From Deinococcales bacterium (GTDB lineage Bacteria > Deinococcota > Deinococci > Deinococcales > JAAFIG01): a DNA stretch of 64,000 nt. Below the pieces are notes generated by a model. The model did not search any database. It was not told the origin of the DNA and saw only the letters and a program-made list of their open reading frames with translations. Below are positions 8,659 to 17,112 of the stretch, in pieces; within the stretch, counting starts at the first letter, position 1, and each line of letters starts with the position of its first letter. The translations under genes were made by a program, and so were the position numbers. The stretch is taken from positions 32,001 through 96,000 of the forward strand of contig JAYWGM010000028.1 in the NCBI GenBank assembly GCA_043778225.1, read 5' to 3'.

Positions 8659-9465
8659 ATGGCACGCTCAATTGCACAACCAGAACCGCTCGAGCCATCC
8701 AACGCGATGGGCAGTTCGCACATGAGCCAAATTGAAGTGGTCTCGATTAGTTCGTATATTCGACTCGAGAAAGGGCGATGGAAAGGAAAACCGGTTTTGG
8801 TTAAACGCCTAAAAACCTCGGTACTGAATCATCACGAGATTCTTGAGCGCTTTGAACGCGAAGCTGACGTTCTCGAGCGCCTTGACCACCCCAATATCCC
8901 AGCCCTGATTCACCGCGAAAAAGGGTTGCTGATGCGCCAATATATCGAGGGCAACACGCTCTATCATTATCTGAGTCAAGCCACCATAGACTTGAAATCC
9001 ACGCTACATATTGCCAGAGGTTTACTCTCGGCGCTGGTGCATTCTCATGTCCGCGAGATTTTGCATCTCGATGTCAAACCTGCCAATATCCTGCTCAGTG
9101 CTGACCGACGGGTGCATTTGATTGATTTTGGCTGTGCCAAAGACCTGACTTTGGACAGCATTACCCACCAAGAAGCCCGACTTGGCACACCGCATTACAT
9201 GGCACCAGAACAATTTAAGGGCATCCGCGATGACCAACGCAGCGATATTTACAGTGTTGGGGCAGTGATGTACGAATGCCTGATGGGGCAGCCACCGCAC
9301 AAAGACCCTTTTGCTTGGTTATCTGGGCGTGGGGCATTGCCCAAAGCCATGCCCACCAATAAACCGCTTGCCACCATAATCCTCAAAGCCATTCAGCGTA
9401 ACCCAGACAACCGTTATGAAGAAGCGCTCGATATGCTCGAGGCGCTAGAAGCCATCGAGGACTGA
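8659..9465 (+). CDS. Ser/Thr protein kinase (Hanks type)
   Basis: VLVK, RFERE, HLDVKPANIL, DFG, GTPHYMAPE and SDIYSVG motifs. Confidence 0.92.
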   Translation: MARSIAQPEPLEPSNAMGSSHMSQIEVVSISSYIRLEKGRWKGKPVLVKRLKTSVLNHHEILERFEREADVLERLDHPNIPALIHREKGLLMRQYIEGNTLYHYLSQATIDLKSTLHIARGLLSALVHSHVREILHLDVKPANILLSADRRVHLIDFGCAKDLTLDSITHQEARLGTPHYMAPEQFKGIRDDQRSDIYSVGAVMYECLMGQPPHKDPFAWLSGRGALPKAMPTNKPLATIILKAIQRNPDNRYEEALDMLEALEAIED

Positions 9466-10370
9466 TGAAACGACTTGCACTTTGTGTCACTTTACTGGCT
9501 GGTATTGCCGTTTCGCAGCCCACCTCTCCCCTACCAAGCGGCGCAGTGCTTATTTCGAGCAAAAGTATATTGGGAATTCTCGAGCAAGATTTATGGTACA
9601 AAAGTGGCACTCTAAAAATTCGCGGCAGATTATTTTTGCCCAGTGGCGCATCTCGAGTGGCTGGCGTTGTCTATAACCACGGTGGAATTAGTGGCTTATC
9701 AAATCTAGCCGCTACACGCTGCCGCGAATTGGCTATGGCTGGCTTTGCAGTTTTTGCCTCGAGTTACCGTGGTGAAGATGGTTCGGATGGTCGGATTGAA
9801 GTTGCCAAGGGCGAAGTGGATGATGTCTTGGCGGGTTACAACTGGTTCAAAACCCATCCTCGAGTTGACCCAAAACGGATTGCCCAATTTGGCACAAGTC
9901 ATGGCGCATTAATTGGCTTACTTGGCAGTGCCAGAGACTCGAGTTTTCGCAGTTTGGTCTTTGCGTATGGTGTGGCGGACATTAGCGCTTGGTATGAGCA
10001 TTTGGTACGCACCAACCAACTGAGCAACGACCAACTGACCAAAGATATTTATGGCAAAGGACCGACCGATAAACCGCAAAGTTTTGCGATTCGCATGGGC
10101 TTGACCGCCGTGCCAAAATTATCTGCCTCCATGCCAGTGTTGATTGTTCAGGGCGGCAAGGATGTAGTTGTGCCACCCGAACAAGCCAATGCCTTACAAG
10201 CTGCACTCGAGACACACCGAAAACCAAGTATCTTAAATATATATCCAAACAGCGAACATGGCTTTGTGATTACCCAAGAAGCGGCAGCTAAAAAAAGTAA
10301 AATCGCGGGACTCGAGGCAAAGCAAGCATGGACGGATATTAAAAAGTTTTTGCTCGAGACGACAAGATAA
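9465..10370 (+). CDS. secreted alpha/beta hydrolase (S9 peptidase or dienelactone hydrolase-like)
   Basis: Signal peptide; HGG, GTSHG nucleophile elbow, GGKDVVV Asp, EHGF His. Confidence 0.85.
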   Translation: MKRLALCVTLLAGIAVSQPTSPLPSGAVLISSKSILGILEQDLWYKSGTLKIRGRLFLPSGASRVAGVVYNHGGISGLSNLAATRCRELAMAGFAVFASSYRGEDGSDGRIEVAKGEVDDVLAGYNWFKTHPRVDPKRIAQFGTSHGALIGLLGSARDSSFRSLVFAYGVADISAWYEHLVRTNQLSNDQLTKDIYGKGPTDKPQSFAIRMGLTAVPKLSASMPVLIVQGGKDVVVPPEQANALQAALETHRKPSILNIYPNSEHGFVITQEAAAKKSKIAGLEAKQAWTDIKKFLLETTR

Positions 10371-10378
10371 GGGGGAAA

Positions 10379-10888
10379 ATGTACAGCAAATCCGACTCTG
10401 TATTTGGAAAGCTTGAACGACACGGACAAACTTGGGTTGGTAGTTATTGGTTTGACGTTTTAGAAAAAGACATCGAAATCAATTTAGACTACAGCGACGA
10501 AAATTCTCCGAGCAAACAAGAAAGAGAAAGTTTTTTGAGCTTCAAAGCTCAAATTGACAAGATATTTTTGGCAATCCAAAAAGCCTTATTTCATTTTCTG
10601 ATAGAGAACACTGAACATTATCGGCAGCAGCACGACATAGAAGACCAAGAAATTGTTGTTCCAGAAATAAAAAACATCGCCGAAATTTGGGAAAGCCTCG
10701 AGATTATTCGCATAGAAATTGACTCCCATAATTATCAAAACACTTGTATCACCATGATTTGCGATTTCAAATGGGATGCAGAACATGGACTTGATATTGA
10801 CTTCTATAACAATCAAATTGGCATTTCAGGTGGCGGCGTACATTGGGATGATAAAGCGCACTACGACTCTGACGGTAATCCAAATTAA
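10379..10888 (+). CDS. acidic hypothetical protein (DUF2004/DUF6985-like)
   Basis: AT-rich ORF with CDFKWDAEHGLDI motif; family recalled from the WDxEHGL motif only. Confidence 0.55.
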   Translation: MYSKSDSVFGKLERHGQTWVGSYWFDVLEKDIEINLDYSDENSPSKQERESFLSFKAQIDKIFLAIQKALFHFLIENTEHYRQQHDIEDQEIVVPEIKNIAEIWESLEIIRIEIDSHNYQNTCITMICDFKWDAEHGLDIDFYNNQIGISGGGVHWDDKAHYDSDGNPN

Positions 10889-10955
10889 CGAAGCATAGCA
10901 ATCACTCCACACTCGAGAAGGTGCGTTCTGATGTAGCTATCAATACAACACTTTT

Positions 10956-10997
10956 ATTACTTAGTCGGCTAAGTTATTAGTTAGCCGACTAAGTAAT
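10956..10997. promoter_or_regulatory. probable MarR operator (two palindromic boxes)
   Basis: ATTACTTAGTCGGCTAA and TTAGCCGACTAAGTAAT form a perfect 17-bp inverted repeat; each arm holds an imperfect TTAG-N4-CTAA palindrome; upstream of a membrane protein-marR pair. Confidence 0.65.
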
Positions 10998-11017
10998 TTG
11001 GCAAAGGAGAAAAAATC

Positions 11018-11428
11018 ATGACCCAATCCAATCCAACACCCAACATTTGGATACTTTCGCTCATCGGTGGCATCATCGCAGCCGTCCTGAACACCGTTAT
11101 TGCACTGATTGCTCCAAGCATCCTCGGGCAAGACATTCTTATCCCAAACCGCAGCACCAACATCCTCGAGCCATTGCCACTTTTTGCGGTGATTGCCGCC
11201 AGCTTAGTTCCAGCTTTTGCAGCCGCCGCCGTGCTGCTTGGCTTGCAAAAATTTACAAAGAACCCCATCGGTATTTTCCAGATTACAGCCATTATACTGA
11301 CCGTTTTATCGCTGTTTCCATTGGCTACGCTGAACATCAGTCTTGGCATAAAAATCGCCCTTGGTTTAATGCACATTGTCGCTGCTGCGAGCATCGTCGG
11401 GACATTAACTCGACCCAAAGCAGCCTAG
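11018..11428 (+). CDS. four-TM membrane protein (DUF6069-like)
   Basis: RBS AAGGAG; four hydrophobic helices; LGLMHIVAA motif. Confidence 0.75.
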   Translation: MTQSNPTPNIWILSLIGGIIAAVLNTVIALIAPSILGQDILIPNRSTNILEPLPLFAVIAASLVPAFAAAAVLLGLQKFTKNPIGIFQITAIILTVLSLFPLATLNISLGIKIALGLMHIVAAASIVGTLTRPKAA

Positions 11429-11437
11429 ACTACAAGT

Positions 11438-11890
11438 GTGCAACACAGCAACCTTGGCTATGGCATTGTGCAACTCTGTCGCGCCCATCGCGCCCTAGCA
11501 GGGGGGTTGCTCAGTACACTTGGATTGCACCCAGGACAAGAAATTATTCTGATGCAACTCTGGCAACAAGACGGACTGAACCAGACCCAACTGACTCAAC
11601 TCCTCAACGTCCAAGCGCCTACCGTCAGCAAAATGCTCCAACGCCTCGAGCAAACTGGCATTCTTGAACGCCGCCCTTCGAGCCTTGACCACCGCATCAT
11701 GCAAGTCTGGCTGACCCAAAGTGGAAAAGACCTCGAATCAAAAGTGGCTGCCATCTGGACAGAACTCGAGACCCGAACCACCGAGCATTTAAGCCATGAA
11801 GAACGCACTGTGTTTGAAGCAACCTTGAGTAAAATTGTTGTGGGTTTGCGCCAACCAAACTTTGGCTGTTCTGAAACGATCCAAGAATAG
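11438..11890 (+). CDS. MarR family transcriptional regulator
   Basis: LGLHPGQ, HTH TVSKMLQRLE, DHR..VWLT..G wing. Confidence 0.9.
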   Translation: MQHSNLGYGIVQLCRAHRALAGGLLSTLGLHPGQEIILMQLWQQDGLNQTQLTQLLNVQAPTVSKMLQRLEQTGILERRPSSLDHRIMQVWLTQSGKDLESKVAAIWTELETRTTEHLSHEERTVFEATLSKIVVGLRQPNFGCSETIQE

Positions 11891-11949
11891 TTGGTGCAGG
11901 GCTTTTTTTCGCTCGAGTTGGTGGGCAAGAAGCAGCAAATTTGGGTTTC

Positions 11950-13464
11950 TTATTTGCGGATTCGCACCAAGTCGTTGAGGACTCCATCCAGACCATTGGT
12001 GACTGTTAGCGTTTGCACTTTTTCGATGATTCGCTCGAGTGCCTCGAGTTCTTTGAGGCGCAATGCCACAGGGTTGTCTTCCATCACTTTGGCAGTATTT
12101 AACAAATTTCGCGTGGCAGCCGTTTCTTCACGGCGACGAATCAAGTTGGCTTGGGCAGATTTTTCGGCTTCGACCACTTTGCTTAAAATGGTTTTCATTT
12201 CGCCTGGCAAAATAATGTCTTTGATACCGACATTCTCGAGTTGCAAACCCAGATTCTCGAGTTTAGAACGCACAATTGCTGCAATATCCAAATCCAGTGC
12301 GGTTTTATCCTCGAGTAAGCTGTCTAAGGTGCGTGTGCCGATGACACCACGCAAAGCAAATTGCAATTCTTTATACAAAAATGCCACAAAATCGGTCAGT
12401 TGGGCAAAGGCTTTGAGTGGCTCGAGAACACGGTAGCCAGCCGCGAGGTTAATCCGCAGCGCAACTTTATCCTTGGTCAGAATTTCTTGCCCGCTGACTT
12501 CGAGGGTTTGTAAACGCAAATCGGTGGCAGCCACCCGAACACTGCGACCTGTTTTCCAAAAGGTGTGCAGTCCGACTTCTAAGGCAGACTCGAGTTTGCC
12601 ATCCAAAAACAGCGCACCTTGGTGATATTCTGGCACAAGCGCATACTCAATCAGTGGCTCAAGCGGCGTGCCTTTGGCAGCTTTGGCAAGCGCAAGCGGC
12701 ACGTTCAGGTTAGCGGTCTCGAGCATTTCAACTCGAGTAGCCGCATCGAGCATCAAAAGCGTATTGCTGTTGGGCGCAAAAACCGCCACAATTGCCGCAC
12801 TGCGGCGAACGATGGCAATTTCAGTATCGCCCAATTCAAGTCGGGTCAATTGCACCAACCACGCTGGATTGGCTGCCAAAATCGCTTCGGCAAGCGGCTT
12901 TGGCAGTGGCATCGCCACACCTTGTAGCGCCACTACAATTTCCTCGAGTCCACGCCAGTAAATACGGCGCTGCCCACTTTGCACCAAGTCTTGTACCACT
13001 CCGCCGCGAGTCACGACTGCAAATTGCAAGGCAGCAGGGGCAACTTCGACAAAAAATTTATTCAGCACAACTTTATTTCGCACTTGTGCCAAACGCATTC
13101 CAGCCTCGATCATCAAGCCATGTTCGATTTTGAATAGCTCAATTTGCATGGCAGCAAAACCTTTCCAGTACAAAACTTGGCTGTTTGGCGCAACCACCTC
13201 AAGAATTTCATCGCCTCGAGAAACCAGTGCCACTTCAAGTGCGCCCGTTTGCACCACCGCAAAGTGCTTGTTGACCACATCGGAACGCCGCTCGAGTAAA
13301 AAATTGGTCAGTTCGTGTTCAAATCGAGTCTCGAGGGCAAAACGCTGGACAGCATAACCTGTGCCATAAACTGTATTCGCACCAGCCTCGAGAATCCGAA
13401 CAAAACGCCCATGACGGGTCAGAATACCTTTTTCCGTGTCTTTAATCGCAAAATTTTGAATCAT
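11950..13464 (-). CDS. slipin family (SPFH/band 7) protein with an extended N-terminal repeat region
   Basis: DLRLQTLEVSGQEILTKDKVALRIN, IKDIILPGEMK and RREETAATR...MEDNP.ALRLKELE. Start moved to ATG 13464 (RBS AGAGG) because the upstream extension overlaps a non-coding element. Confidence 0.9.
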   Translation of the reverse strand: MIQNFAIKDTEKGILTRHGRFVRILEAGANTVYGTGYAVQRFALETRFEHELTNFLLERRSDVVNKHFAVVQTGALEVALVSRGDEILEVVAPNSQVLYWKGFAAMQIELFKIEHGLMIEAGMRLAQVRNKVVLNKFFVEVAPAALQFAVVTRGGVVQDLVQSGQRRIYWRGLEEIVVALQGVAMPLPKPLAEAILAANPAWLVQLTRLELGDTEIAIVRRSAAIVAVFAPNSNTLLMLDAATRVEMLETANLNVPLALAKAAKGTPLEPLIEYALVPEYHQGALFLDGKLESALEVGLHTFWKTGRSVRVAATDLRLQTLEVSGQEILTKDKVALRINLAAGYRVLEPLKAFAQLTDFVAFLYKELQFALRGVIGTRTLDSLLEDKTALDLDIAAIVRSKLENLGLQLENVGIKDIILPGEMKTILSKVVEAEKSAQANLIRRREETAATRNLLNTAKVMEDNPVALRLKELEALERIIEKVQTLTVTNGLDGVLNDLVRIRK

Positions 13465-13483
13465 ATAAAACCTCTGGGGTGAA

Positions 13484-13559
13484 AGCGACCATGCCCGATA
13501 GCGACCCAGCCCGTCAGGTGCATCTTTAGGGTCAAGAAGGTGCGTGCTTATGGTCAAGA
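13484..13559 (-). repeat. two nested copies of a 38-nt structured element
   Basis: Outer TCTTGACCATAAGCACGCACCT|ATCGGGCATGGTCGCT is interrupted by inner TCTTGACCCTAAAGATGCACCTGACGGGCTGGGTCGCT (13500-13537). Confidence 0.85.
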
Positions 13560-13625
13560 AAGGGTTAAAAGGTTAAAAGGTTAAAAGTTAAGGGCAGAAC
13601 AGTTACTTTTTCCCTTTTTCTTCTT
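13559..13625. repeat. short tandem 8-mer repeat (AAAAGGTT)n with a degenerate complementary arm
   Basis: gggttaaaaggttaaaaggttaaaagttaa followed by a pyrimidine-rich tract; related to 50293-50369. Confidence 0.6.
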
Positions 13626-13850
13626 GCCAACCTTATCTCGAGTATTTCGAGTTTCGCATGAGCTTTTGGGCGCGTGTTCACTGGCTTGAAGGCGGCTCGA
13701 GCCGACGTTCACTCGAGGGTGGCGGTTCAGGTGGGCGAATCGGTGCTTTGTGCCGATAGGAGACTCGAGGCTTTTGGCTGTACACCCTTAAAGGGCAAGC
13801 AACTCGAGACAAAGCTGGTGGTGCTTGGGTCAACGATTTTGCTTATCGTT

Positions 13851-13960
13851 TGGTGATTTATGGGAGTCGAACCCATTACCGTCAGTTTATAAGCGACCCT
13901 GCCCGCGAGGTGCGTCTTAGGGTCAAGAAGACTGATGCTCTAACCAGTTGAGCTAAAACC
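13851..13960 (-). ncRNA. tRNA-like module A (Ile-UAU-like once a 37-nt anticodon-loop insertion is removed)
   Basis: GGTTT TA GCTC AACTGGTTA GAGC A TCAGT CT [37 nt] TAT AA ACTGA CGGTA ATGGG TTCGACT CCCAT AAATC A CCA; acceptor stem only 5 bp. Confidence 0.8.
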
Positions 13961-13961
13961 T

Positions 13962-14066
13962 TGGTAAAAGATGCAGGATTTGAACCTGCTTGCCCGTTTG
14001 GGCGCTCGAACAGTCGTTTGTGCGACTGCAACCCGAGTGCGTTTATCCAGTATCCGCCAATCTTTT
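13962..14066 (-). ncRNA. tRNA-like module B (class II, Leu-like body, hairpin in place of the anticodon loop)
   Basis: AAAAGAT/ATCTTTT 7-bp acceptor plus ACCA; D arm GCG..TGG..CGC; CTCG/CGAG stem enclosing CAGTCG-CACAAA-CGACTG; variable arm GCCC-AAAC-GGGC; T arm GCAGG-TTCAAAT-CCTGC. Confidence 0.8.
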
Positions 14067-14067
14067 G

Positions 14068-14150
14068 TTTGATGAAAGGAATCGAACCTTTGACCTCTCG
14101 AGTGGTCAGTCAAATGACCAGCCAAGCGCTCTACCCCTGAGCCACATCAA
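14068..14150 (-). ncRNA. tRNA-like module C (class I body, hairpin in place of the anticodon loop)
   Basis: TTGATG/CATCAA acceptor; D arm GCTC-AGGGGTA-GAGC; CTTG/CGAG stem enclosing TGGTCA-TTTGAC-TGACCA; variable loop AGGTC; T arm AAAGG-TTCGATT-CCTTT; no encoded CCA. Confidence 0.8.
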
Positions 14151-14360
14151 TTTATCTTTGTGCGATATGCAAGGTAAGCAGGGCTTATTTGCATCAGCGA
14201 GGCTATGCAAACCTCTGACCACGGCACGTGATGCAAAAAGTGTACTCGAGAAGTCAAAAAAGTCCATGACTGATTTGGCTTACGCCAATGTGCCAATCGT
14301 CACGTTTAGCAAGCTGGTTTTTTCACGTCTGACAGAGGTAGTATACCGTATACTCGAGCC

Positions 14361-17111
14361 ATGCTTGAACGATTTTTTAGCTTGTTGGCTTGCAGCATAG
14401 GCTTGGTGGCTTGTCAGGACAAACCAATTTTAATTGTCAATCCGCCAGACAACAGCAGCCCAGCCTTACTTTGGTCAAATGCTGCCACATGGGGCGGGAG
14501 TGTACCAAGCGACAACAGCAGTGTGGTCATTCCAGACGGCAAACGCATTGTTTTAGATGTCAATGCCAATGTCAAAAACATTACCGTACTTGGAACGCTC
14601 GAGTTTAAGGACACCAACCTCAATCTTCAAACCGATTATATTGCTGTCCATGGTGCAATGCGCTTAGGCAGTGCGATTAACCCATTTGCCTCCAGAGCCA
14701 CCATTACCTTAAAAGGCAGCAATACCGAAGACATCATGAAGATGGGGTCTCGAGGTATTTTGGTGATGGGCGGCGAATTGTCGGTCTACGGCACAGCCCC
14801 CAAAGTTATCTGGACTAAATTAGCCGACCACAGCGCGGCTGGAGCTTTAAGTCTGAGTTTACTCGAGAATACAGCTTGGAAAACTGGCGACCAGATTGTG
14901 ATTGCACCGACCGATTTTTACAACGATGGAAATTTCCAAAAATCCCCAGAGACCGAAATGCTCGAGGTACAAAGTGCCAACGGCTCGAGTATCGGCTTAA
15001 AAAATGCTTTAAGTGGGGCGCGTTGGGGTAAATTGCAGTATGCCACCGAAAGCGGCATGAGTTTGAGTCAAGGCAGTATTACGCTGCCAAGTACATCGGC
15101 TCGAGACACGGGTGGCACTACCATTCCAACAGTGCTGGATGAACGGGCAGAAGTTGGCAATGTCAGCCGCAACATTGTGATAGAAGCTGCCGACGACAAC
15201 CTCTGGAAAGAACAAGGATTTGGCGCTCAGGTCATGATTATGGGCGAAACTGCCAAGACCCATCTCGAGGGCATCGAACTACGGCGGGTTGGGCAAGCTG
15301 GCAAATTTGGGCGTTATCCGGTGCATTTTCATAATTTAAGTTACGACAGCACGGGCAAGGAATTAGCCGATGCAAACGCCACCCTCAAAAACTCGAGCAT
15401 TTGGAATTCAAGTCAACGTTGTGTGGTGATTCATGGCTCGAACGGTGTTAAAGTGCAAAATAATATTTGCTACAACATCAAAGGTCATGCAATTTTTCTC
15501 GAGGATGCAGTCGAGCGGCGCAACTTAATCGAAAATAATCTGGTATTGCGGGTACGCGAGCCTAAAAAAGCCCAAGCACTTTTGAAGCACGAAATTGGCG
15601 AAGCCTTTGGCGGTACGAGTTCTGGCTTTTGGATTGTTAATCCTGACAACACGCTGCGTGGCAATGTCGCCGCCGATGTTGTTGGGCATGGGTACTGGTT
15701 GGCTTTTCCAAAGACCACGCTTGGAGTCAACAACAACGTCAAGCTCAATCCGTACGCTGACCAAGGAAAAATCATAGGCGCTCGCCCTGAAAGAATGCCG
15801 TTTGGGATTTTTGAAAACAACGTGGCGCACAGCATCCAAGACAATGGTGTGTTTATAGATGCCGCTCCAACCGATGCTCGAGACGCAAGTGGCAACCAAA
15901 TTGGCGAAACCGAAGGCGCAAAGTATGTCCCCATGCAGGGAGGTAAAGACTGGGATTACGATTTTAGCAAGTGGGAACGCTTTACTTTGGCTAGAGTCAC
16001 GACCTATAAAACAGGTTCGTACTGGGGCGGTGGTGGCGGCATCTGGAATCGTAACAGTTACCCCAATTTTCTCGAGTGGGTTTCGGCAGACCATCAGGGC
16101 GGTTGGTTCGCTGGGGCTGGCGACGATGGCTTAATTGCCCGTAGCCTGATGGTTGGCACAAGCCTCAATATTGGTGTGGCTCGAGCCAGCACCCAGCCTT
16201 TGGCAGCCTTAGCGAGTTATCACAGCACTTTTGACATGACCCAAAACATTATCCTCGAGTTTCCATTTGCCCAAGGCACGGAAAACAACCCAAGTGGTGT
16301 ATTTATGACTGCCGATTATTACATCACACCAGTAGACAAAGGCTTAAAACGCAATCCAGACAACAAGTTAGTCAATGCTCACCCCGGACGACGTGTACAG
16401 CCTTTTACAACCGAAAACTGGGCTTTGGCTGGCGCACTTTGGGATTACAACGGCTATTGGGGGAAGGCAGGCAATTATTGGGTTTATGACCAAGCCTTCT
16501 TTACATCTGGCACAAGCTGCACCCAAGTTGCACCAGTCGGCAAAAACGGCGCAAGTTGTGTTGGTCCATACTATGGCATTGGCGATTTTGTAACCAATTT
16601 TGACACCGACCGCTACGGTTTTAAGCACCCCATAGAAGCTACTCGAGTTGACTCGAACGGCACAACTTTGGACACTTGGAGTGTGGGCGACGGCAATACT
16701 GCCCCAAAATTGGGCAATATGCGCCATTTTGCAGCCGTCAAGAATGGGCGCTTTATGCTGCGTTTTCCTAAGCGCTCGGGTTCTGGGTACGAAATTCCAC
16801 AGCGTTTTGAATCCACCGTGGATAACTTTCTGAGTGCCAGCGACGAAACTTTATTGGCGGTACAGTTTGATGGCACAAAAAACCCAAGCATTAGCCTCGA
16901 GAACGGCACAGAGACTCGCGCAATCAACTCGAGTGGGATAAATCTGGCAGCCGTAACAGCCGACTCGAGTGGCAAAACCTTTTTCTTTGACCGTGGCAAT
17001 AACTTACTTTGGCTGAAATTAAAAGGTGGGCTGACCAAAAACCCCAATTGGAATCAAGACCCGAAATCCAACGACCAGTTGTATCAATCTATGCGGCTCG
17101 AGATTAAGTGA
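14361..17111 (+). CDS. G8 domain / parallel beta-helix lipoprotein (CEMIP/TMEM2-like architecture)
   Basis: Lipobox LVAC; WSNAATWGG G8 start; RAEVGNVSRNIVI, GQAGKFGRYPVHFH, RCVVIHGS, GHAIFLED and GFWIVNPDN motifs. Confidence 0.85.
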   Translation: MLERFFSLLACSIGLVACQDKPILIVNPPDNSSPALLWSNAATWGGSVPSDNSSVVIPDGKRIVLDVNANVKNITVLGTLEFKDTNLNLQTDYIAVHGAMRLGSAINPFASRATITLKGSNTEDIMKMGSRGILVMGGELSVYGTAPKVIWTKLADHSAAGALSLSLLENTAWKTGDQIVIAPTDFYNDGNFQKSPETEMLEVQSANGSSIGLKNALSGARWGKLQYATESGMSLSQGSITLPSTSARDTGGTTIPTVLDERAEVGNVSRNIVIEAADDNLWKEQGFGAQVMIMGETAKTHLEGIELRRVGQAGKFGRYPVHFHNLSYDSTGKELADANATLKNSSIWNSSQRCVVIHGSNGVKVQNNICYNIKGHAIFLEDAVERRNLIENNLVLRVREPKKAQALLKHEIGEAFGGTSSGFWIVNPDNTLRGNVAADVVGHGYWLAFPKTTLGVNNNVKLNPYADQGKIIGARPERMPFGIFENNVAHSIQDNGVFIDAAPTDARDASGNQIGETEGAKYVPMQGGKDWDYDFSKWERFTLARVTTYKTGSYWGGGGGIWNRNSYPNFLEWVSADHQGGWFAGAGDDGLIARSLMVGTSLNIGVARASTQPLAALASYHSTFDMTQNIILEFPFAQGTENNPSGVFMTADYYITPVDKGLKRNPDNKLVNAHPGRRVQPFTTENWALAGALWDYNGYWGKAGNYWVYDQAFFTSGTSCTQVAPVGKNGASCVGPYYGIGDFVTNFDTDRYGFKHPIEATRVDSNGTTLDTWSVGDGNTAPKLGNMRHFAAVKNGRFMLRFPKRSGSGYEIPQRFESTVDNFLSASDETLLAVQFDGTKNPSISLENGTETRAINSSGINLAAVTADSSGKTFFFDRGNNLLWLKLKGGLTKNPNWNQDPKSNDQLYQSMRLEIK

Positions 17112-17112
17112 T

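Noticed and set aside
13484..13928. CRISPR array interpretation of the 37-38 nt repeats
   Set aside because: Copies are nested or about 330 nt apart, with no regular spacers and no cas genes in the window.
13892..13928. Group I or group II intron in a tRNA anticodon loop
   Set aside because: 37 nt is far too short for either catalytic core.
13851..14150. Calling the three modules ordinary functional tRNA genes
   Set aside because: None has an uninterrupted 7-nt anticodon loop, and two have short acceptor stems; reported as tRNA-like ncRNA instead.
14284..14297. Sigma-54 promoter (TGGCAC on the minus strand) for an Rtc-like operon
   Set aside because: The -12 TTGC element is not at the required spacing.
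13674..14400. ORFs 13674-13856, 13940-14125 and 13990-14400
   Set aside because: No protein motifs; they overlap the structured RNA modules and are probably spurious.
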